From: an uncultured Anaerolineales bacterium
GTDB lineage: Bacteria > Chloroflexota > Anaerolineae > Anaerolineales > UBA11858
NCBI GenBank assembly: GCA_964629085.1
Contig: CAZVPR010000002.1
Span: 20,428-84,427 of the forward strand
DNA: 64,000 nucleotides
Direction: 5' to 3'
The notes under the pieces are model-generated. The model saw only the letters and a list, made by a program, of their open reading frames with translations. It was not told where the DNA came from and ran no database searches. Below are positions 7,565-16,621 of this stretch, one piece after another (positions within the stretch are counted from its first letter, which is position 1; each line of letters starts with the position of its first letter). Made by a program: the position numbers and the translations under genes.

Positions 7565-9586
7565 ATGAAACAAGGAAAATCATCCAACTTGCTGCGGATT
7601 TTGGTCGCGGCAATGGTATGGGTATTGGCTTTTGCCATGTCGGCCTTCAATGGTCAGGCTGGGCCAGTACTGCAAGAGGAAGACCCCTATTTAGAAATTA
7701 TCAACGAAACCGAAACAACTTTGTGTTTATTCGGCGCCGTGCCCGATGGGGTAACTGAAATTGCCGAAGAGCATATTATCGCCGAACAAGAACTCGAATC
7801 TTATGACGATTTCTGGCTGGAAACCGGCCTGGAAGGTACCTTTACATTGATTGCAACCGATTGTGATGAATATTCGATCGTCGCTGAGGCCCCGGGAGTC
7901 ATTTTGGGGCAGGTGCCCGTCGTCTGGTGGGTCGGCTATGAAGTGGAATACCTGGGCGATGTTGTCGAGACTGAAGAGCAGGCGCCTGTTGAGGAAACAG
8001 AATCCAGCTCCACGGAATCCGCCGGCACCGGTTCTGCTGAAGTCAGCGCTGGCAGCGCCGACAGCGGCTTCCGCCCCGCGAGCCACGGCTTCAGTTTCGA
8101 AAATTATGGTGACAATATCCAGGTTGAGAACCTGACCGCAGTCGAGATGCAGCGTCTGTTTGGCGATAAGGTTTGCGCCAGTCAGGCCGGTGGTGAGTGC
8201 ATCTTGACGCCACCCGCCAAGCAGTGGATGAAAGAAATCAACAATTATATGGCCGGCGGACACTGTGAGGGTATGGCCGTGCTCAGTCTGTTGATGTACA
8301 GCAACCACGTCAATCCAGGCGACTTTGGTGCCACCAGCACGTATGATCTTTCCATAAACAACGAGGCTTTGCAGCGCGAGATCGCGTATTGGTGGACTAC
8401 GCAAGCCACCTGGCCAGCCGCAGCGGTAAAAATTAACGAATCGCCTCAGGCCGTCGTGAATGCCTTGATCGAAACCTATACCTCGTATCCTTCTCCAGAG
8501 GAAGAATGGGTTATGGGCATTTATATGGCCGACTTCAGCGGTGGCCATGCCATTACGCCCTTTGCCGTAGAAGATAAAGGAGAAGGCATCTATCATATTT
8601 TGGTCTATGATAACAACTGGCCCGACCAGAGCCGCGTTGTGGAAGTGGATTACGATGCCAACACCTGGCGCTACCAGGCTTCTACCAACCCTAACGAGCC
8701 CGAGTCGCTCTACGAAGGTGATCAAAGCACCCAAACCCTGGAGATCGTGGGCATCAACCAGCGCATGATGCAGCAAGAATGTGATTTCTGCGCCGGTGGT
8801 GGTGCTTCAGGCCAGATTCGTGGCGGGCGAGGCCTGGCGGCTGCCTCGCAAGAATTCAACCAGATCTGGCTCAACGGTCAGGCTGACCTGCAAATCATTA
8901 CTGAAGACGGCCAGCGCATCGGCTTCTTCGATGGTGAATTCATCAATGAGATTGAAGGCGCTCGTGGCGACAATATGAAGTTTGGCGTCGATATCTGGGA
9001 CATCAACAACGAGCCGGTCTATTTCATCCCCCTGGGGATTCAGTTCTCCATCACCGTGGATGCCAGCCGCGCTACTGAAGGCATTACCAATGATGTGGTC
9101 ATGATCGGCCCCGGATACGATCTGGTGGTTGCTGAACTTTACCTTGACCCAGGCACGTCCGACACGATCACCGTCTCTCCCGATGGCACCTTGCTGGCTT
9201 ACAGCACCGAGTACAACGACGCCCCGGACATGATCTTCGGCGTCGAGACTCCGGCAGCCGACTACGAATTCATCGTCGCCGCGCTGGACATCGAATCGGG
9301 CGCTGAGTTTGTCATCGAACTGGATATGGACGCAGGCTATCTGAGCGTCAACACGGATAACACGACCGAATATGGCGTCTACGAGATCGTCATGTACCGC
9401 ATCGACGATGAGGGCGAATCCTGGTTCAGCAATGACGATATTTACATGGAACCCGGCGATACCAGCTACTTCCTGTTCAGTGAGTGGGAAGGCCCTGGCA
9501 GCAGCTTATTCATCGACATCGACTACGGCAGCGATGGCTCTATCGATGAGAGCATCGAGTTAGCAGATGAGTACGAAGCTGAGTAA
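7565..9586 (+). CDS. Exported protein with a cryptic papain-like Cys/His/Asn pattern and a very acidic C-terminal region (function unknown)
   Basis: ATG 7565 is preferred over the track's 7523, which lies inside the -10 hexamer. Signal peptide MKQGKSSNLLRILVAAMVWVLAFAMSAFNG. Blocks GGHCEGMAVLS, SGGHAITPFAV and ILVYDNNWP occur in the order and spacing of clan-CA peptidase catalytic residues. Confidence 0.6.
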   Translation: MKQGKSSNLLRILVAAMVWVLAFAMSAFNGQAGPVLQEEDPYLEIINETETTLCLFGAVPDGVTEIAEEHIIAEQELESYDDFWLETGLEGTFTLIATDCDEYSIVAEAPGVILGQVPVVWWVGYEVEYLGDVVETEEQAPVEETESSSTESAGTGSAEVSAGSADSGFRPASHGFSFENYGDNIQVENLTAVEMQRLFGDKVCASQAGGECILTPPAKQWMKEINNYMAGGHCEGMAVLSLLMYSNHVNPGDFGATSTYDLSINNEALQREIAYWWTTQATWPAAAVKINESPQAVVNALIETYTSYPSPEEEWVMGIYMADFSGGHAITPFAVEDKGEGIYHILVYDNNWPDQSRVVEVDYDANTWRYQASTNPNEPESLYEGDQSTQTLEIVGINQRMMQQECDFCAGGGASGQIRGGRGLAAASQEFNQIWLNGQADLQIITEDGQRIGFFDGEFINEIEGARGDNMKFGVDIWDINNEPVYFIPLGIQFSITVDASRATEGITNDVVMIGPGYDLVVAELYLDPGTSDTITVSPDGTLLAYSTEYNDAPDMIFGVETPAADYEFIVAALDIESGAEFVIELDMDAGYLSVNTDNTTEYGVYEIVMYRIDDEGESWFSNDDIYMEPGDTSYFLFSEWEGPGSSLFIDIDYGSDGSIDESIELADEYEAE

Positions 9587-9601
9587 AATCTTAGTTTAAT
9601 A

Positions 9602-9691
9602 ACAGGAGTTACGCATTTGAGTTTGTATTTATCGAAAATTGACCCTTCGATACGCATTCACTACTCATGATGCGAACTGCATAACTCCTGT
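9602..9691. repeat. Long imperfect hairpin between convergent genes
   Basis: ACAGGAGTTACGCA (9602-9615) pairs with TGCATAACTCCTGT (9678-9691) with 1 mismatch in 14 bp. It lies between the stops of the 7565..9586 and 9765..11411 genes. Confidence 0.6.
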
Positions 9692-9764
9692 CAATAAACA
9701 ATATACAAGACCCTTTGGGAAACAAAATCCCAAAGGGTCTTTATTTATCACGTCAACTTACAGC

Positions 9765-11411
9765 TTACCAACCAACCGGGTCATTGACGACATCGCCGCG
9801 CGGCCACCAATTCAGGTTGATGCCTTCAACCAATTCCATGGCCCCCACCATAACAGGAATATTACTTCCATTACCATCGACATGCCCGCCGATCAGGTCA
9901 TATTGGGTGTAAGCATCGATGTAATAAGACCCAGGCGGCAGATCAAAGATAGTGTAGACACCGGCATCTTGTGCTGTGCCAAGCCAATACCAGAAACCGG
10001 TTTCCACGTTGGTTGCTACGATGTGCATTGGCGGAGAAGGTGCTACCGGGTAATTGGTGAAACCGGTGAGACCACCTGTTCCCGTCTGAGGTTCTGTTGC
10101 CGTCAGGGGCGAGATATAGATATAGATTTCATAATCAACCGGTTCGCTGGCAATCGATTTGACATCTATGTAGTACTCGCCATCTTGGGGCAAAATACCC
10201 TGCCAGCTTGAAGTAGCGGGATAATCCATATCCATGGGTGGCGTACCTTTCACGCCAATATCCATGACCACATTTTCGCGTGCTTCAACTCCATTTTTTG
10301 TCACAAATACGTCAACCAACATCTCTTGCCCTTGCATGGCGTAGAGCACATAGTCGTGAAGTTCACTTGGCTCCAGCCTGTTGTACATGGTGATATCTGA
10401 TGCCCCTGGTGCGAATGAAACCTGGAACTGCTCCGACAGGAATTCTGTCTCCGCTGTAGCAGCTCCCAACACATCCTGAGCGCAAATCAACATCGCTGTG
10501 ACAACGATCTGTTCGGGTTCAAGCGCGGCCAGACAATTGCCAATAGGCCCATCGATGCCGGAACACAGTTGAATATCTAGTGGGTCGACGGATGTAAATA
10601 CTTCACAGGTTTCATTATCACGCATGAAGCAAGACATTGAAGCTGTAGGTCCAAATCCACCATAGCCCAGGCAGGGCATGGTCATGTTTTCTGTCCAACC
10701 CTGACTCAGCATTATGCCTTGCAGCACTTCATAAACACTGTGAGCACCATCATAATGGAGGCCTTCCCCCAAACCAAATACCTGACAGCCTTTGCCTGTC
10801 TGCCCGCTCCAACTTTGATCGATAATGATGCCATCACTGATCCCCATGGGGATTCCCAGTGAGGCTTCAGCAGCCACTTGCAAATTCATGCAATGATCAT
10901 CCAGGGGTTGGAGTGCTTCACCCAGAAGGGCTGCCTTACATTCTGCAGTTGGTCCAGGAACTTCTGGGTACAGCCCATCGGGCGTAGCCGGGATGCCAAA
11001 CATCGGCCCACAATCTGAGAAACTCGGTGGTGCCAGTACGATGTCCATAACTGTTTGGCCAGCAGCAACGGCTACAATGCCCAGGTCCCAACCATCCGCT
11101 GAGGGGTAACCGATCCCCATGCTGGCGAAGAGCAGATATTCCCCAGGGGGTACTTGCAACGAAAAAGTACCCACGGTAGCGCTTTCCAGTGTTTCTGTGA
11201 AGACCCAAACGCCGGTTACGGGGTCCAGTGCGTAAACGGTCATGGCTGGGGTTGGAGCCGCATGTAAGTGCACCGTACCTGTGATCGTGCCCGGCTGACC
11301 CTCGGTATTGGCGTTGGCTGCTAATACGCCCGGAAATGTTGTCATCGCCATCAACAGCAGTGCAAGTAGGCTAAGCAGAATCGTTAGGGTTCGTAAATTC
11401 TTCGTGGTCAT
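9765..11411 (-). CDS. Exported Cys-rich hypothetical protein with carboxypeptidase-regulatory-like beta-sandwich ends
   Basis: 548 aa. Signal peptide MTTKNLRTLTILLSLLALLLMAMTTFPGVLA. The N-terminal (GTITGTVHL...GEYLLFA) and C-terminal (VYTIFDLPPGSYYIDAY) segments resemble CarboxypepD_reg-type domains. The central region has more than 10 Cys. Confidence 0.55.
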   Translation of the reverse strand: MTTKNLRTLTILLSLLALLLMAMTTFPGVLAANANTEGQPGTITGTVHLHAAPTPAMTVYALDPVTGVWVFTETLESATVGTFSLQVPPGEYLLFASMGIGYPSADGWDLGIVAVAAGQTVMDIVLAPPSFSDCGPMFGIPATPDGLYPEVPGPTAECKAALLGEALQPLDDHCMNLQVAAEASLGIPMGISDGIIIDQSWSGQTGKGCQVFGLGEGLHYDGAHSVYEVLQGIMLSQGWTENMTMPCLGYGGFGPTASMSCFMRDNETCEVFTSVDPLDIQLCSGIDGPIGNCLAALEPEQIVVTAMLICAQDVLGAATAETEFLSEQFQVSFAPGASDITMYNRLEPSELHDYVLYAMQGQEMLVDVFVTKNGVEARENVVMDIGVKGTPPMDMDYPATSSWQGILPQDGEYYIDVKSIASEPVDYEIYIYISPLTATEPQTGTGGLTGFTNYPVAPSPPMHIVATNVETGFWYWLGTAQDAGVYTIFDLPPGSYYIDAYTQYDLIGGHVDGNGSNIPVMVGAMELVEGINLNWWPRGDVVNDPVGW

Positions 11412-11971
11412 AAATCATCCTTTCGTATATTGAGACGGATTATTTCGAAAAACAAGTGTACCTTAGGCCATACGCCTGCTTTTCGTTTTACTACTGCGAA
11501 GGCGTTGGCCTGAGCAGTCGATTTCTGAAAATCTTAGTTGCTTCCAAAAGCCAAGTAGGGTAAATAGACAAAATACTGTTCAATGCTCTCCGTGCAATTG
11601 GGTTGTGTAACCGTGACCGGCGGCATCTCCCAGGCAAGCAGCCTGGACTATGAATAGGGTGTATTTCCAGTTTGATTTCTAAAGAAGGGGGAAATTCATG
11701 CCATGGACAATCACCCTCGCCCTCAATGGAACAATGATTAAACGAAAGATCTTTGACAACATAACGAAGGCCCTCTATCATTTAACGTTTTTATAGCTTG
11801 CCGGGGGCGTAGCGCAGGTATTATACAATAACAATGGCAAAAGCATGAGATCGAAATGTATTTATGACAATATTTGTCAATTTTATGCTATTGCCCATCC
11901 GAAAAATTTAAATAGGGGTGGTTATTTCGAGAAACATTCCCACATATAAATCTTACAACTTTAAAACAGCA

Positions 11972-12005
11972 TCTAAACAATTTCTGAACATCTTTTGGAT
12001 AAAGT
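11972..12005 (+). promoter_or_regulatory. Activator-box promoter 1: tandem CTAAACA-ATTT-CTGAACA plus TAAAGT hexamer
   Basis: TCTAAACAATTTCTGAACA (11972-11990) is identical to 33292-33310 and has 1 mismatch to 36768-36786. The 7-bp direct repeats start 11 bp apart (11973, 11984). A 9-nt spacer precedes TAAAGT (12000-12005). No -35-like hexamer is present. Confidence 0.6.
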
Positions 12006-12079
12006 TAGAACCAAGATAAATAGGTATCAGGCAACAACCGAATACCTAATAACGAATACTCAACGCCAAGGAGCGTTTA

Positions 12080-14350
12080 ATGACTACAGGAACACAAACC
12101 CTACCAACCAATACAGCCCGATCACAGGCCATGTCGATCAATTATCAAAAGATCATCGGTGTGGTAAGTCTGTTAGCCATTATCCTTCTGGGCGCGTTTT
12201 TTCGATTTTACAAACTTGGCGCTTACACCATTGGAAATACCTATTATGCGGCCGCAGTCAAATCGATGCTGACCTCCTGGCACAATTTCTTTTTCGTTTC
12301 CTTCGAGCCAGGTGGCACTGTGACGGTCGATAAGCCCCCCTTGGGATTTTGGGTTCAAGCGATTTCCGCCTACTTTTTTGGAGTCAATGGCTTTGCCCTG
12401 GCCTTTCCGCAGGCCCTGGCCGGGACGCTTTCCATCCCGGTGCTCTACCATCTGGTGCGCAAAAATTTCGGCATTTGGGCCGGGCTGATGGCAGCCCTGG
12501 TTCTGGCGTTAGTCCCTGTGACCATCGCCACCGAACGCAACAATACCATCGACGGGTTGCTTGTCTTCGTGCTGCTGTTGGCAGCCTGGGCTTTTCTCAA
12601 AGCTACTGAAACTGGTAAAACCCGTCATTTAATTCTGGGCGCAATTCTGGTGGGTCTGGGATTCAACATCAAGATGCTGCAAGCCTACATGGTGCTGCCG
12701 GCGTTCTATGCGCTGTATCTCTTTGGCGCTCGCAATGCCTGGTGGCAACGCATCCTACAGCTTGGCGCAGCAACCATCGTTTTGCTGGCGGTGTCCTTCG
12801 CCTGGGTGATCGCCGTTGACCTGACCCCTGCTGACCAGCGTCCTTATATCGGCAGCAGTGATAACAATACGGTTATGGAACTCATCGTCGGGCATAACGG
12901 ATTGAGCCGTTTGGGATTAAATGATAATCGCGGCCCCGGTGGGGGGGATGGCCCCAGGGATGGCGCTGCTCCCGGGGGCAATGCGAACCTACCTCAGGCG
13001 GGCTTCACCCCTCCCGGGCAGAATTCTGCTCCCGGTGGGAATCAAACCAATAACCGTCGACCGCCACAAGAAGCCTTCGATGCCTGTACAGGGCTGGCAG
13101 TTGGGGATGCCTGCACCGTCGACCTCCCTAATCAAGCTATAGAAGGCATCTGTTTTGCCCCCTCGCAAAATGAACTGGTCTGTGCTCCAGAAGACAGGCT
13201 GCCGCAACAGGCCAATGCCAATGCGCCCGGGCAGTTCCAACCGCCCTCCGGGGGTAACGGTCCAGGGAATGATGGCCCCGATGGAAACCGAGGCCCATCG
13301 ACAGGCGCAGGACAGCGCAATATGAACGGCGGTGAGACTGGGCAAGCGGGCGTACTGCGTCTGTTCGCAGAACCCCTGGTCACCGAGACCAGTTGGCTGC
13401 TCCCCCTGGTGCTTTTAGGCTTGCCTGTTGGTTTGATTGCTGCGGGCTGGTCATGGCCGCTGAACGGCAAACACAAGAGCATCTTGCTCTGGGCTGGTTG
13501 GCTGCTGCCTGCCATGGCATATTTCAGCTTTACCACGGGGTTGTGGCACCGTTACTACCTGATCATGTTGGGGCCGCCCATCGCTGCACTAGTTGGCATC
13601 AGCCTATGGAGCCTGGCAAAACACTGGCAGAAGAATCCCACCCTCGGTTGGATCCTGGCTGCCCTGCTGACCAGCCTGACCATCATCTTCGAAATCTACA
13701 CCTTCCAAAATTACCCTGATTATTCCACCTGGGTGAGCGTGATTTCCATCCTGATCGGGCTGGCAGGAATCGGCTTCCTGGCCATCAGCAAGTTGATCCC
13801 TCTGCACAAAATCGGCTTGAGCCTGCTGTTGCTGGCCATGTTGGTGGCCCCTTTCGCCTGGTCATTGCTGACCACACTCAACACCAACCCCAACGTAGGT
13901 CTGCCCACCGCTGGGATTTCAGCCTCCGACCAGACTCGTTCATCCTTCATGACCCCAGACGTATCTACGCTCAGCGCCAATGGGCAGGCAATTTTAGAAT
14001 ACACATTGGCCAACTCCGAACCCGACAATTATTTGCTGGCAACGCTCAATGCCCGCGGTGCAGCGCCCTATCTTCTGGAAAGCGACCGTAAAGTGCTGAC
14101 CTTCGGCGGCTTCGGTGGCCGTGATGACGTGATCGATCTGAATGAATTGATCGCTATGATCGATACTGGCGAACTACGCTACATCCTGGGCATCCCCCAA
14201 CAGAAACAGGAGATCGCTCAATGGATGGTCAATAACTGCTCCGTCGTAGACATTCCTGGCGTGACAGTCACAAATTCAGCCAATAATCAGAACAATCGCC
14301 CCGGACCTGGCGGGCAATCCAGTGAGGTGCTTTATGACTGCGGAAAGTAG
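12080..14350 (+). CDS. GT-C fold glycosyltransferase, family 39/83 (PMT/ArnT-like) with a large low-complexity insertion
   Basis: 756 aa with many TM helices. VDKPPLGFW motif in the first external loop. SD AAGGAG at 12068-12073. A G/P/N/Q-rich insertion of about 145 aa (nt ~12915-13350) contains the 4-Cys module PPQEAFDACTGLAVGDACTV...LVCAPED. Confidence 0.75.
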   Translation: MTTGTQTLPTNTARSQAMSINYQKIIGVVSLLAIILLGAFFRFYKLGAYTIGNTYYAAAVKSMLTSWHNFFFVSFEPGGTVTVDKPPLGFWVQAISAYFFGVNGFALAFPQALAGTLSIPVLYHLVRKNFGIWAGLMAALVLALVPVTIATERNNTIDGLLVFVLLLAAWAFLKATETGKTRHLILGAILVGLGFNIKMLQAYMVLPAFYALYLFGARNAWWQRILQLGAATIVLLAVSFAWVIAVDLTPADQRPYIGSSDNNTVMELIVGHNGLSRLGLNDNRGPGGGDGPRDGAAPGGNANLPQAGFTPPGQNSAPGGNQTNNRRPPQEAFDACTGLAVGDACTVDLPNQAIEGICFAPSQNELVCAPEDRLPQQANANAPGQFQPPSGGNGPGNDGPDGNRGPSTGAGQRNMNGGETGQAGVLRLFAEPLVTETSWLLPLVLLGLPVGLIAAGWSWPLNGKHKSILLWAGWLLPAMAYFSFTTGLWHRYYLIMLGPPIAALVGISLWSLAKHWQKNPTLGWILAALLTSLTIIFEIYTFQNYPDYSTWVSVISILIGLAGIGFLAISKLIPLHKIGLSLLLLAMLVAPFAWSLLTTLNTNPNVGLPTAGISASDQTRSSFMTPDVSTLSANGQAILEYTLANSEPDNYLLATLNARGAAPYLLESDRKVLTFGGFGGRDDVIDLNELIAMIDTGELRYILGIPQQKQEIAQWMVNNCSVVDIPGVTVTNSANNQNNRPGPGGQSSEVLYDCGK

Positions 14351-14786
14351 AACAAGTAACTTGGAAGGTGATAAAAACCTCCCAGGTTTAGAAACGATCA
14401 TTCAAGCCATCAAATATGCCACTGTAGGCGTATCCAACACGCTCATCGACGCGGCAGCTTACTTTGCCCTCACCCGTTGGCTGTGGCTGGGATCGCTGCC
14501 GGTGTTAGCCAAAGGAATAGCCTATGCCATCGGCATGGTGAACAGTTTCTACTGGAATCGAAATTGGACCTTCAAAAGTAAGGGCACGATATATCGTGTC
14601 CCAACCTGGAAGGCGGCTTTCCTGTTCACCCTGACACACATCGCGGCCTTGGGAATCAATGCTGGCGTGATGTTCTTGGGGCTAGAAGTCTTGGCGTTGA
14701 GTGAAATTCTCTCGCTAATTCTGGCAACCGGTGCTGCCTTCGGCTGGAATTTTATTTTGAACAAGTTGGTCGTTTTCAAGGCATGA
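14334..14786 (+). CDS. GtrA-family membrane protein (polyprenyl-phosphate-sugar flippase-like)
   Basis: 150 aa from ATG 14334 (SD GAGG 14324-14327), overlapping the GT39 stop. 4 TM segments and the YAIGMVNSFYWNRNWTFK signature of GtrA-like proteins. Confidence 0.8.
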   Translation: MTAESRTSNLEGDKNLPGLETIIQAIKYATVGVSNTLIDAAAYFALTRWLWLGSLPVLAKGIAYAIGMVNSFYWNRNWTFKSKGTIYRVPTWKAAFLFTLTHIAALGINAGVMFLGLEVLALSEILSLILATGAAFGWNFILNKLVVFKA

Positions 14787-14899
14787 TGATTCACCGCTAA
14801 GACGCAAAGAGCGCCAAGATGATTGTTTTTTCTACATTTTGTTTTCTTTAGAATTAACTTCGCGATCTTCGCAACTTCGCGTTAAACAAGGAGTAAATC

Positions 14900-15631
14900 A
14901 TGAAATCTTTATCCATTGTCATACCCGCTTATAATGAAGAAGCCAATCTGCACACCACCATAGCAGAGATATCCAGCGTGCTCTCTGACATGCCTATTGA
15001 TTATGAAATTATCCTGGTCAATGACGGCAGCCGCGACCGTACTGGAGAAATTGGCCGTGCGTTAGCCAAATCTGTGTACAACTTCCGTCTGGTAGAGCAT
15101 TACCCAAACCGCGGTTATGGCGGGGCGTTGAAATCTGGCTTCGACGCCGCGCAAAAGGAGTTGATCGCTTTCTTCCCCGCGGACAACCAATTCCACTTTG
15201 GTGAGATCATTGTCCTACTTGAACGCATGATCGTGACAGAAGCGGCTATTGTCTGCGGCTACCGTGCTCCTCGGCGCGATCCCTTGATGCGTAAAGTCAA
15301 CGCTTTTGGTTGGAACATGCTTGTCAGGGTATTATTTGGATATCTATGTCGTGACATCGATTGTGGTTTCAAACTCTTCCGGCGCGATATTCTCAACTGT
15401 GTGAACATCACATCTGATGGCGCGCTGATCGATACCGAATTCTTATCCAGCGCCCGACGCCTGGGTCTTCGCATCGAAGAGGTACCCGTGACTCACCGCC
15501 CGCGTGTTGGGGGCGAAGCAACGGGCGCAAATCTGCCTGTGATCATCAAAGCATTTCGCGATTTATGGAAATTGCTGCAGGAGCAGGCTGCCAATAACGG
15601 CTACCTGAAATGGCGTTTTGGATTACGGTAG
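14900..15631 (+). CDS. Family 2 glycosyltransferase, polyprenyl-phosphate sugar synthase type (DPM1/GtrB/ArnC-like)
   Basis: 243 aa. LSIVIPAYNEE, VNDGSRD and the FFPADNQ acidic motif of GT-A family 2. SD AAGGAG lies just upstream. Confidence 0.85.
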   Translation: MKSLSIVIPAYNEEANLHTTIAEISSVLSDMPIDYEIILVNDGSRDRTGEIGRALAKSVYNFRLVEHYPNRGYGGALKSGFDAAQKELIAFFPADNQFHFGEIIVLLERMIVTEAAIVCGYRAPRRDPLMRKVNAFGWNMLVRVLFGYLCRDIDCGFKLFRRDILNCVNITSDGALIDTEFLSSARRLGLRIEEVPVTHRPRVGGEATGANLPVIIKAFRDLWKLLQEQAANNGYLKWRFGLR

Positions 15632-15677
15632 AATAACTATACCCTTTTATCAGTATCATCCAATAAAGGAGTCATAG

Positions 15678-16610
15678 ATGACCAATAAATCTTCTCTTTC
15701 ACGGCGAGATTTTCTCGGCTTGATGGCAATGGGCGGATTCAACTTGACTTTTGGGAAGGCTTTACTAACGCTTACAGGCACCCAAGCCACATCAACGGGA
15801 ATTGATATGGCCATAGCCCGCGCGACCAGTTACAAACCGGCTGCCCTGGTTGAAGCAGCCATCGCCGCGCTGGGCGGCATGGAAAACTTCGTCAAGCCGG
15901 GCGATCATGTCATCATCAAGCCCAATATCGTCGCTGCCGATTATTCCTATGAATATGCGGCTTACACAAACCCTGAAGTGGTCGGCGCGCTCACGGCGCT
16001 GTGCGTCGCTGCTGGCGCCGGAAGTGTGCGTATGATGGATTCCCCTTCCACTAGCTCCGGTGAACAGGCTTACGCCCGCAGCGGCATCGGCGAGGCAGTG
16101 AAGGCAGCCGGTGGTCAAACCGAAGTCATGAGCCAGATCAAGTTCCGCAACGTCGATATTCCCGAGGGGCGCGATATCAAAAATTGGACGATTTATGGGG
16201 ATGTGCTCGATGCGGATGTGCTCATCAATGTGCCAATTGCCAAACACCATTCACTTGCCAAACTGACTCTGAGCATGAAAAACCTGATGGGTGTGATCAC
16301 AGATAGGGGAAAATTTCACCGCAAATTGGGGCAGCGCCTGGCCGATCTGGCCAGCCTGGTCCGTCCCACGCTGACGATTATGGATGCGGTCAACATCCTG
16401 ATGAATCGCGGCCCGCGCGGCGGCAACCTCAACGACGTCAAAGCGATGAACACAATCATTGCCAGCCAGGATTTCGTTGCCACTGGGGCCTACGCGGCCA
16501 CGTTCTTCGGCAAGACCGGCTCAGATATCGACGCACTGCGCCTCGGTGCTGAGATGGGGCTGGGCAGCCTCGATCTGAACGGCCTTTCGATCGAAGAAAT
16601 CAGCGTTTAA
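15678..16610 (+). CDS. Tat-exported DUF362-domain protein
   Basis: 310 aa. Twin-arginine signal SRRDFLGLMAMGG. The VKPGDHVIIKPNIV and PIAKHHSLAKLTLSMKNLMG blocks are typical of DUF362. Confidence 0.7.
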   Translation: MTNKSSLSRRDFLGLMAMGGFNLTFGKALLTLTGTQATSTGIDMAIARATSYKPAALVEAAIAALGGMENFVKPGDHVIIKPNIVAADYSYEYAAYTNPEVVGALTALCVAAGAGSVRMMDSPSTSSGEQAYARSGIGEAVKAAGGQTEVMSQIKFRNVDIPEGRDIKNWTIYGDVLDADVLINVPIAKHHSLAKLTLSMKNLMGVITDRGKFHRKLGQRLADLASLVRPTLTIMDAVNILMNRGPRGGNLNDVKAMNTIIASQDFVATGAYAATFFGKTGSDIDALRLGAEMGLGSLDLNGLSIEEISV

Positions 16611-16621
16611 GTGTTGAAACC

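Noticed and set aside
7727-8776. 349-aa ORF antisense to the 7565..9586 gene
   Set aside because: It is a shadow ORF inside a gene that has a signal peptide, SD and promoter. It has no independent support.
11491-11781. 96-aa ORF in the 670-bp gap upstream of the GT39 operon, and the palindrome TGACAA-TAT-TTGTCA at 11865-11879
   Set aside because: The ORF has no SD, is Arg/Pro/Cys-rich and looks non-coding. The palindrome is short and AT-rich, so it could be an operator but cannot be distinguished from chance.
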